Of a stretch of 64,000 nucleotides of DNA, positions 56,949-64,000 are shown piece after piece. The notes under the pieces are model-generated. The model saw nothing but the letters and a program-made list of their open reading frames with translations, did not search any database and was not told the origin of the DNA. Each line of letters begins with the position of its first letter. The first letter of the stretch is position 1. Source of the stretch: an uncultured Gammaproteobacteria bacterium (GTDB lineage Bacteria > Patescibacteriota > Patescibacteriia > Magasanikbacterales > GWA2-37-8); the NCBI GenBank assembly GCA_964619625.1, contig CAZUFD010000003.1:30282-94281 (forward strand). The letters are read 5' to 3'. Made by a program: the position numbers and the translations under genes.

Positions 56949-58385
56949 ATGTCGTTTATGCAAAATATTATGAAGATCCATTTTATCGGCATCTGCGGCG
57001 TAGCCATGAGCGCGCTGGCAACCGCCTTTCACCAGATCGGCTGGGAAGTAACCGGCAGTGACGTGGGATTTTTCCCGCCGATTTCGGATTACTTAAAAAA
57101 TAATAATATAAATTTTTATCCGGGCTGGCACGTAGAAAAAATGATGGCTAGCGGCGCGCCGGATATTGTTGTGGTTGGCAACGTGGCCGGTTCCACCAAT
57201 CCGGAATTTATTTATGCCCAGGAACATAATTTGCATTATCTATCGTATCCGGAACTGATTGCCCAATATATTGTCGGAACTAATTCAGTGGTTTGCGCCG
57301 GTACCTATGGCAAAACTTCCAGCGCGGCTTTGCTCGCTTTAATTTTTACAAAAGCTGGTTTAAATCCAAACTATATGTTTGGCGGCTTAAGTTTAAATTT
57401 ACCCGTCAGCGCTAAACTGGCAAAAGAAAAGGCGTTGTGGAGTATTTTGGAAGGAGATGAATATAAAACCGCTCGCTGGGATAACCGGCCAAAATTCGCC
57501 CACTACTTGCCTACTCATTTACTTCTCACCTCTGTTTCTTGGGACCATGCCGATATTTACCCCACGCAAGAATCCTACTTTCAGGCGTTTAGAGATTTAA
57601 TCGCTAGCGTTCCCGCAAATGGTCTTATTGCCGCCTGCAGTGATTCGGCAACCGTAAGAGAAACTATACATAATAACCCAAGCACAACAAAAGTCGTAAC
57701 ATACGGAAAAAATACAGACGCGGATTACGTATATTCTAACCCTATACAAACAAAAAATGGCGCGACATTTAGTATTAAAAATAAAGAAAATCAGTATAGT
57801 ATAACCACTTCCGTGCTAGGCCAGCATATGGCCGAAAATATTTGCGGCGCGTTTGCTATGGCCAAAGAAATTGGTATTAATACAAATATTGTTCTGGAAG
57901 CTATAGCTGAATTTAAAGGTATAAAAAGACGTCTGGAAAAAAGATACGAAGGCAGTATTACCGTATATGATGATCTAGCTCATTCTCCGGCCAAAGCTGC
58001 CGCAACTTTGGCAACCTTGCGGGATATTTTCCCAACGAGCAAAGTTGTGGCTATATTTGAACCCAATACCGGCAATCGCAAATCTGCATCCGCGGCCGGT
58101 TATGCCAACGCTTTTGCAAACGCAAATGAAGTAATCATTCCCATGCTTAGCAAAGTAAAAATAGCCAAAGATGATACGGATCCGCCATTTGACGCGGCAA
58201 CCCTGCAAGGCATTATTTCGCAAACACATCCTAACGCTCTATTTATTCCTGATGACAAACATGTGATTGAAGAAATTAAAAAAACCACTCAGCATGGAGA
58301 CGTTGTGGTCTTTTTGGGGTCGCATGGGTTTAGAGGCATGATTGAAGGTTTAATTACTTCCCTTCATCAACCACTTCGGCCGTAA
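56949..58385 (+). CDS. Mur ligase family protein (Mpl/MurC-like UDP-N-acetylmuramate--peptide ligase)
   Basis: IHFIGICGVAMSALA N-terminus, GTYGKTSS P-loop; hairpin ATTCCCCCGAC-CCA-GTCGGGGGAAT at 56919-56944 overlaps its RBS. Confidence 0.8.
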   Translation: MSFMQNIMKIHFIGICGVAMSALATAFHQIGWEVTGSDVGFFPPISDYLKNNNINFYPGWHVEKMMASGAPDIVVVGNVAGSTNPEFIYAQEHNLHYLSYPELIAQYIVGTNSVVCAGTYGKTSSAALLALIFTKAGLNPNYMFGGLSLNLPVSAKLAKEKALWSILEGDEYKTARWDNRPKFAHYLPTHLLLTSVSWDHADIYPTQESYFQAFRDLIASVPANGLIAACSDSATVRETIHNNPSTTKVVTYGKNTDADYVYSNPIQTKNGATFSIKNKENQYSITTSVLGQHMAENICGAFAMAKEIGINTNIVLEAIAEFKGIKRRLEKRYEGSITVYDDLAHSPAKAAATLATLRDIFPTSKVVAIFEPNTGNRKSASAAGYANAFANANEVIIPMLSKVKIAKDDTDPPFDAATLQGIISQTHPNALFIPDDKHVIEEIKKTTQHGDVVVFLGSHGFRGMIEGLITSLHQPLRP

Positions 58386-58518
58386 CTGTTTCGCCATTGA
58401 TTGCATTTATAAGCAAAGTAATTCCGCAGACATCGCATTCAACCACGTTTCCCACGGCTAAATTTACATACGGAGACAAATTAACTTGATTTTGGCATTC
58501 TGGACAAGTAAGCTGCAT
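58354..58518 (-). CDS. candidate zinc-ribbon small protein (54 aa, LysW-like architecture)
   Basis: MQLTCPECQNQVNL...VECDVCGITLL...VVDEGK; two CxxC pairs and acidic tail; overlaps mpl 3' end by 32 nt; no SD. Confidence 0.35.
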   Translation of the reverse strand: MQLTCPECQNQVNLSPYVNLAVGNVVECDVCGITLLINAINGETVTAEVVDEGK

Positions 58519-58594
58519 ACAAAAAATATAAAATTAAGTTAAACAGTAGATAGATTGTATAATAAATTAAAACGTAAGGCAAGAGTTAAAAATT

Positions 58595-59470
58595 ATGATT
58601 ACTCCCCAACCCAAAGCTGATACTTTAGCCAAAATTATAGGTCTGCATGCCGACCTATATTTAAAGCGCGAAGATATGCACCCGCACGGTTCGCACAAAG
58701 GCCGGTCTATCCCGCTGATGATTGATAATTATGCCACCAGCGGCCAGACATATTTTTGTATTTCCTCATCCGGTAACGCCGCGCTCTCTGCCATTTACGC
58801 GATTCAAGAATTAAATAATAAAAAACCTTCGCATTTTTTTACCCTGCATATTTTCGTCGGCAAACGTATTGATCAAGAAAAATTAAAACGACTGCGGGAA
58901 GCGATTACTAACCCAGCCCATATTACCATTGAGCAGGTGGATTCCCCAAAACGAGCTGCCTTTCAAATGGATAAAGAAGGCAAGGCAAAAAACTTGCGCC
59001 AATCAACGGACGATACTGCTCTATCCGGCTATGAAGCCTTGGCCGATGAGCTGGCAGAAATTAAAAACCTCTCCGCTGTTTTTATCCCCACATCCAGCGG
59101 CACCACCGCGCAAGGATTATATAACGGATTTAAAAAACATGGCATTAATCCGCAAATTCATATCATACAAACACCGGCCTGCCATCCGTTTGTAAATTCT
59201 GATTTGCAAACTAAAACATCGTTGGCAAACGCCATTGTGGACAATGTTGGCTACCGCAAAGAAGCCATACAAAAAATAGTTTCAGAAAGCGGCGGACACG
59301 GATGGATAACGAGTGACAAAGAAATTGAAAAAGCTATAACACAAGTAAAAGAAACAGAAAATATAGATATTTCCCCAAATAGCGCTCTATCAGTCGCGGG
59401 CCTACAACTTGCCATAAAAAATAACTGGCAATTTAACGGACCAGTGGTTTGTTTGATTACGGGAAAATAA
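58595..59470 (+). CDS. PLP-dependent enzyme, fold-type II (Trp-synthase-beta/cysteine-synthase/threonine-synthase superfamily)
   Basis: HGSHKGRS candidate PLP-lysine motif; Gly-rich PTSSGTTAQG loop. Confidence 0.6.
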   Translation: MITPQPKADTLAKIIGLHADLYLKREDMHPHGSHKGRSIPLMIDNYATSGQTYFCISSSGNAALSAIYAIQELNNKKPSHFFTLHIFVGKRIDQEKLKRLREAITNPAHITIEQVDSPKRAAFQMDKEGKAKNLRQSTDDTALSGYEALADELAEIKNLSAVFIPTSSGTTAQGLYNGFKKHGINPQIHIIQTPACHPFVNSDLQTKTSLANAIVDNVGYRKEAIQKIVSESGGHGWITSDKEIEKAITQVKETENIDISPNSALSVAGLQLAIKNNWQFNGPVVCLITGK

Positions 59471-59472
59471 TT

Positions 59473-61527
59473 TTATTTGTTCATCAGCACCACTTCATCT
59501 TTGCCGTCAAAATCCACATCGGCCGCCCCAACACTTACCGAACCGGCGGTAAAGCTATTTGAAACTTTAAATTGAGAAAGTAACTTGCCGGCCAAATCAT
59601 AGATTTTAACCTGCTTGCCGCTGCCCAAATCAAATGCCGCGATTATTTCTTTCTTCTTGTCGCCGTTAAGATCGCCCACCGCCACGCTTAATCCTGTTCG
59701 CAATGTCTTGGTGTCAACAAAAAACCTTTTATTTATTTTGGAAAAATTATTATTATAAATAATAATTTCCGGACGACGGCCATTGCCTACCCCAACTACG
59801 ACCTGCCCATTTTTGTTCGCAGCCGGCGTGTTATCCGCGGCTATAGCTACGGATAATCCGGCCTTAAATGTTTTGCCAAGCGGAAAAATGTTTTCTTTTA
59901 CAATTGCTCCGTGATAATTATAGAGTACTGCTTGCCCGCCTTTGCTTTGTGAAACAATAATGGAATTAGTATTGTTGCCAGCCAATCTGCCCACAGCAAT
60001 ATTTAGTTCTCCTTTGTAATTTCCGCCAAACGGAATGCCTTCAAACCATAGCTGGCCAAGACTGTTAAATATTTGCAATTTTTGGCCGCTGGCCACAATT
60101 TTTTCTTCCGCGCCATCGCCATCTAAATCGCCATAGTATATTTTGGCGCCGCTTGAGTACCCTTCTTCATAAATAAAAAAACCATTGCGCGAACGATTGC
60201 CTTTCATATCAAAAAATCGGATAAAATTTCCATTGCCAAATACCACGTTTTTGACGGTTTGAAACGTACGCAACATGATAAGCCCGTCTTTGGCCGGAAC
60301 ATTTACCTGGTTTACAATCGCACCATTATTGGTAACTTTATCCTGCAGACCGGTTATTTTTTCATATTCTCCGCCTAAATCAACGCTTTGCGATTGAGCC
60401 GTAGCATTAACCAGCGCAATACCATTTTCGTATTCCCTGCGCCAAACATCTTCGGTAAATTGTGAAGCATTTGAAAGAGATAAAGCATTGCCGAGCGGCT
60501 GGCCCAATTCTATATCATACTCATCATACCACCAGGTCTGGCCATGATCTTGATCGCCGTAATCAAAGGAATAATACCCGTCCAGCAGCAAAGCACTCGC
60601 AAGTCCCAATCTAAATTTTTTAAGATTACTGGTTTGCGTGCCCTTGTTTGCGGTATTTGCATTTATCACCATAAACCGAGGCAAAATACTGCCTTTCTGG
60701 TTAGACGCATACACTTGCATGGTGCCGCCCCAACCACCATTGATAGAAGGAAAACTCTCAAGCATTACGCCGTTTAAATCGTCTTTATAGGCATCGCTGG
60801 TCGCATTTCCCACGATAATATACCGATCACTTGTAAGCCGCCTGGTTTCTTGAAAAAGAAAACGCATCCCTTCGCGCCAATGCAGATCAACACTGCTATC
60901 GGGCTGGCCATCTTTATCTAAATCAGTATTAGGGCCGGATTTCCACTGCACATCTCTCCAGGCATTATCATAAAACACACCATCCCAAACTCCGGTGGAT
61001 AAAATTTCTTTGGTAACAAACTGAGCCAGGTACTGATTGAAACGCACGCTGTTTATTTGAGGAGCGTTGTCGGCGACGTTTAACATCCAAGTCCCGGGCC
61101 AAAAACTAATTTTGTTGTTACTAGTATCGGTAAGATACCAATTCGGATTGATGCCCGAAACTAATTTTCGGCGCATGATGCTATAGCTCGTAGCCGCATC
61201 GGCTTTTATTTCTTGCGGCGTAATATACGCCAAAATTTTTATATCCGGATTAATTTCCTTGATTTTTTTTAAAGCAGCCAGGCTATTTACCTGTGTTTCC
61301 ATGTCCAGTATAAGCAAATCCCATTTGGCCAGTTCAGTTATTTTATTTGCCGGTATATCCCAATTTAAAAAATAATTGGCGCGGCGCGGAGCTACGCGTA
61401 CGGCATCTGAAGCACTAGGGTATAATAAACCAATGTATGTCGCGATCACCAACGCCAAAGCCGCCCCTATAAAATATAGGCGTTTGATTTTGTACTTTTT
61501 CGTTTTTTTTCTAGCTTTTGCAGCCAT
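59473..61527 (-). CDS. exported membrane-anchored protein with putative glycoside-hydrolase-like TIM barrel and FG-GAP/beta-propeller repeats
   Basis: N-terminal TM; C-terminal repeats DLDGDGAEE, VGDLNGDKKKE, ADVDFDGKDE. Confidence 0.6.
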   Translation of the reverse strand: MAAKARKKTKKYKIKRLYFIGAALALVIATYIGLLYPSASDAVRVAPRRANYFLNWDIPANKITELAKWDLLILDMETQVNSLAALKKIKEINPDIKILAYITPQEIKADAATSYSIMRRKLVSGINPNWYLTDTSNNKISFWPGTWMLNVADNAPQINSVRFNQYLAQFVTKEILSTGVWDGVFYDNAWRDVQWKSGPNTDLDKDGQPDSSVDLHWREGMRFLFQETRRLTSDRYIIVGNATSDAYKDDLNGVMLESFPSINGGWGGTMQVYASNQKGSILPRFMVINANTANKGTQTSNLKKFRLGLASALLLDGYYSFDYGDQDHGQTWWYDEYDIELGQPLGNALSLSNASQFTEDVWRREYENGIALVNATAQSQSVDLGGEYEKITGLQDKVTNNGAIVNQVNVPAKDGLIMLRTFQTVKNVVFGNGNFIRFFDMKGNRSRNGFFIYEEGYSSGAKIYYGDLDGDGAEEKIVASGQKLQIFNSLGQLWFEGIPFGGNYKGELNIAVGRLAGNNTNSIIVSQSKGGQAVLYNYHGAIVKENIFPLGKTFKAGLSVAIAADNTPAANKNGQVVVGVGNGRRPEIIIYNNNFSKINKRFFVDTKTLRTGLSVAVGDLNGDKKKEIIAAFDLGSGKQVKIYDLAGKLLSQFKVSNSFTAGSVSVGAADVDFDGKDEVVLMNK

Positions 61528-61617
61528 TGTACTGGGCTGTTCCCCTACTAAAAAATAGGAACTAATGGCTGTATTTTATCATAAATTCATGTTATACTCA
61601 AGGAAATAATATCTATC

Positions 61618-63009
61618 ATGAACTACCTGAAACATTTTTCCCTCAGCGCGCTTTCAGTAATCGCTTTGCTTGTTTTTATCATTATAAATCCCGGTACCGG
61701 CTTTGACCTTTTGGCTTTTTTACTGATAGTTTTTATTATCCTGCAAAAAATCTTTGGCGAATACTTTATTCTTATTCTTTTGGCAATGCGTCCGGCCCTG
61801 GATTACTGGCGTGATCTGAACCTTTTTTCCTTTAATCTTTTTGATTTTAATATCAACGCCGCTCTTTCAGTCTTTTTGCTTGCTTGGTCTATTATTTTCT
61901 TTCTTAAAAATCACGAGTATTTTGCGGACATTCCATTAAAGGCGCCGTTTCTGGCGCTTATTCTTTGGTGCGGGATTTCAGCTTTTTATACGTATAATCT
62001 ATCCTCCACCATTACCGAAACTATAAAGCTCGCAAATTTATTCGCTCTGTTTGGCATTTGTTATATTATGGCGAAAAAAGACGGTGCTAAATTTAAAGAT
62101 TTTTTCTTAAAATCAGCGATTTTGGCCGCAACCATTCCTATTACGGTCGGCATATATCAATTCATCAGTAAAACCGGCGCGGATATTGATGAATTATCCA
62201 ATAGAATTTATGGTACTTTTGCTCACCCAAACGTGCTTGCCACGTTCGCGCTGGTGTTACTTTTTATAGTCATAAATGAAATTGCATCCAGACATAAAAA
62301 AACAGAAAACATTTTTGATTTTAATAATGATGCTCCCCTAAAAATTTCCGCTCTGTTTTTATCTTTTATAATACTGCTCACCTACACTCGCATCGCCTGG
62401 GTTGGAACGGCAATGTTATTTGCCATAGTGGGCCTCATATATTATCGCAAAATTATTATATACGCTCTTGCCGGTATTGCTTTGTTTTACGCGCTTTTTT
62501 ACCCGGTGAATAATTACTTAATAAATAATCATAATGTTAATTTACAGGCTTCTCATTTTATCTTTAGATTAACTGCCCGCAATCAAGATTCGGACTCCAT
62601 ACGATGGCGCACCAATTTGATAACAAAAGTACTGCCTCTCTTTAAAGAAAAATATTTATACGGCTATGGATACGGCACGTTTGCGCGTGTTTGGGATGAT
62701 AATAAAGATATAGAAAATCTTTGGGATAATACCTCCGAAGCGCACAATGATTATATAAAAGTCGCGTTTGAATCCGGCATTATTGGTTTGGTATTATTTT
62801 TACTGATTTTTGTTTCTTTGCTATACAGACAAATACTGCTGGGCGTAAAAAATCATTGGGCAAACATTGTGTTCATTGCCAGTATTTTTGCGTATTTGGT
62901 TATGAGTATGAGCGATAATATGCTGCACCATACGCCGGTGATTTGGTGGCTTTGGGCCGTGTGGGGTTGGTGGACGGCAGGCACTAAGCCCTTAAATTCT
63001 AGATCCTAA
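61618..63009 (+). CDS. O-antigen ligase/polymerase (Wzy_C)-family membrane protein
   Basis: About 10 TM helices, periplasmic loop WDNTSEAHNDYIKVAFESG. Confidence 0.7.
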   Translation: MNYLKHFSLSALSVIALLVFIIINPGTGFDLLAFLLIVFIILQKIFGEYFILILLAMRPALDYWRDLNLFSFNLFDFNINAALSVFLLAWSIIFFLKNHEYFADIPLKAPFLALILWCGISAFYTYNLSSTITETIKLANLFALFGICYIMAKKDGAKFKDFFLKSAILAATIPITVGIYQFISKTGADIDELSNRIYGTFAHPNVLATFALVLLFIVINEIASRHKKTENIFDFNNDAPLKISALFLSFIILLTYTRIAWVGTAMLFAIVGLIYYRKIIIYALAGIALFYALFYPVNNYLINNHNVNLQASHFIFRLTARNQDSDSIRWRTNLITKVLPLFKEKYLYGYGYGTFARVWDDNKDIENLWDNTSEAHNDYIKVAFESGIIGLVLFLLIFVSLLYRQILLGVKNHWANIVFIASIFAYLVMSMSDNMLHHTPVIWWLWAVWGWWTAGTKPLNSRS

Positions 63010-63043
63010 GATTGAGATGGAAGAAGTTGCCGAAATTTTAGTT

Positions 63044-63079
63044 CCTCCTCTTACCAAGAGGAGGTTAGGAGGAGTTGCC
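63044..63079 (-). repeat. 35-nt palindromic mini-repeat copy B (reverse orientation)
   Basis: Reverse complement GGCAACTCCTCCTAACCTCCTCTTGGTAAGAGGAGG matches copies A and C. Confidence 0.5.
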
Positions 63080-63086
63080 GGTGTCT

Positions 63087-63521
63087 ATGGCTAAAATATT
63101 CAACAGAAAAAAATTTCTCAGCTTCAGATCAGAGCTTCGTAATAAAATGACTAAAAGTGAAATTTTACTCTGAAAATATCTAAAAAATGATCGGGTGGGT
63201 TTTAGATTTAGAAGACAGTACGGGATTGGAAATTATATAGTTGATTTTTACTGCCCTAAGTTAAAACTTGCCATAGAAATAGATGGGTTTACACATGCCG
63301 AAGAGAAAGTATTTATAAAAGATCAAAATAAAGAAGCTTTTTTAAAAAAGAATAATATAATCCTGAAAAGATATAATAGCGCTCAAATATTTAATGACTT
63401 AGATAACGTACTCTTGGATATTGAACATGGTTGTACAGAAATAGCCGAAGCTTCGGCAACTCCCCCTACCCCCTCTTGGAAAGAGGGGGAAACAAAAAAC
63501 CACCCGGAGAGAGTTACCTAA
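63087..63521 (+). pseudogene. DUF559 (Vsr-like endonuclease-fold) gene with in-frame TGA at conserved Trp and mini-repeat-derived 3' end
   Basis: ATG 63087 ...ELRNKMTKSEILL*KYLKNDRVGFRFRRQYGIGNYIVDFYCPKLKLAIEIDGFTH; stop replaces W of conserved LLW motif; C-terminus SATPPTPSWKEGE encoded by repeat copy C. Confidence 0.65.
63455..63489 (+). repeat. 35-nt palindromic mini-repeat copy C
   Basis: GGCAACTCCCCCTACCCCCTCTTGGAAAGAGGGGG; 33/35 identical to copy A. Confidence 0.55.
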
Positions 63522-63774
63522 ATAAGTAATAAATTATTTATTCGGGTAATCGGGTGAAAATTTTGCTAGGCAGATAAATCTGTCTATTTTTATTCATTAT
63601 TTACTAATGAACAGTGTAGATAGATTTTTATTTAATTTTTGTATCTTCTCATTTATTTTTCCACTATTTTTATATAATGGAAAAAATGCATGAGAGGAGA
63701 AGGGCTGCAGCTGCAGACAAAAGTCTCTGCCGCTTCTCCTTGCCTTGAGGGTTTCTCAAGGACTTGCTTGCCAA

Positions 63775-64000
63775 CTAGGGTGGGGTCACCGTGATCCGGA
63801 TACGGGCGATGTGATCTACACCATTGACCGGACAACGGAAAGTGTGATCACCGCTCTCGTTCGGCGAGAAGTTGTTGAATGTACCATTAGACGGATACTG
63901 TCCTCCTTGCTGAGGCATTCCGCCGTTCATGGGACCTCCACTAAGGTCTTGGCTCCTTCCGTCACAATCTGCGGTACCGGGAGATTGCCAATGCAGACTG
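63775..64000 (-). CDS. 3' end of GC-rich ORF continuing beyond window (Gly/Gln/Asn/Pro-rich)
   Basis: Open frame from window edge to TAG at 63775-63777: ...GGPMNGGMPQQGGQYPSNGTFNNFSPNESGDHTFRCPVNGVDHIARIRITVTPP. Confidence 0.3.
   Translation of the reverse strand, partial: SLHWQSPGTADCDGRSQDLSGGPMNGGMPQQGGQYPSNGTFNNFSPNESGDHTFRCPVNGVDHIARIRITVTPP

Noticed and set aside
63165-63175. UGA-as-sense (code 4/25) recoding to explain the in-frame TGA in DUF559
   Set aside because: Other genes in the window end at TGA with normal lengths (OFOR beta 6216-6218 with overlapping ATG; Y2 9730-9732). No conserved gene is fragmented by TGA, so a nonsense mutation is more parsimonious.
63653-63835. 60-aa minus-strand ORF at window end
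   Set aside because: Different frame from the longer open frame that runs off the window; both are in GC-rich DNA. The 60-aa ORF lacks any start context, and the longer frame is preferred.

Overview
This 64-kb window is AT-rich (roughly 35-40% GC) and densely packed with bacterial housekeeping genes. The gene content and organisation suggest a reduced-genome, fermentative, Patescibacteria/CPR-like organism.

Core content, by strand:
- Plus strand, window start: an M23 peptidase 3' fragment, ddl, and an ADP-forming acetyl-CoA synthetase followed by the 2-oxoacid:ferredoxin oxidoreductase alpha and beta subunits and a flavodoxin.
- A long minus-strand block: ftsQ-like, serS, a RdgB-Nudix fusion, ribL-like, lysS, greA, PBP2 with mreDCB, a UvrD-type helicase fused to a RecB/Cas4-like Fe-S nuclease, a complete F-type ATP synthase operon, tatD, cvpA, metG, rsmI, a 2Fe-2S ferredoxin, cysteine desulfurase, a DEDD exonuclease, thiI, transketolase, an LtaS-like sulfatase, hpf and murB.
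- A plus-strand cell-wall cluster: ATP-grasp ligase, papain-like hydrolase, mraY, an ATE/Fem-like aminoacyl-tRNA transferase and an Mpl/MurC-type ligase.
- A PLP-dependent enzyme, an exported FG-GAP protein, an O-antigen-ligase-like protein and a disrupted DUF559 gene at the window end.

TGA is used as an ordinary stop codon. I found no rRNA, tRNA or CRISPR array.

The most striking signal is a set of short, compositionally foreign insertions (about 55-68% GC): 7.87-10.2 kb, 33.9-35.9 kb, 43.5-44.0 kb, 47.9-48.4 kb and the window end at 63.7-64.0 kb. Almost every one is a self-contained expression unit: a near-consensus sigma70 promoter (TTGACA-17-TATAAT-like), a strong Shine-Dalgarno site, a small ORF of 38-136 aa and an intrinsic terminator. 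That architecture is absent from the surrounding host genes.

The small ORFs include:
- A two-gene X/Y module. X is ~117-126 aa. Y is ~102 aa with a conserved RxLxLxFKxxAxxV...DWGGD...LDxIQA pattern. The module occurs twice next to a tyrosine recombinase, and a third orphan Y copy sits 38 kb away.
- A tandem-CxxC zinc-ribbon protein.
- A highly acidic protein.
- A signal-peptide protein whose GC3 codon usage resembles that of high-GC actinobacteria.

Other notable observations:
- A 35-nt palindromic mini-repeat is inserted in-frame into rsmI and into or next to a DUF559 gene. That DUF559 gene also carries an in-frame TGA at its conserved Trp.
- A 650-nt ORF-free, highly structured region sits at the putative island boundary, with a candidate 9-bp att core repeated at both ends.
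- A 44-aa peptide with 11 cysteines follows the helicase gene.
- mraY carries a 15-nt in-frame tandem duplication.
- A 16-bp periodic repeat array lies upstream of hpf.
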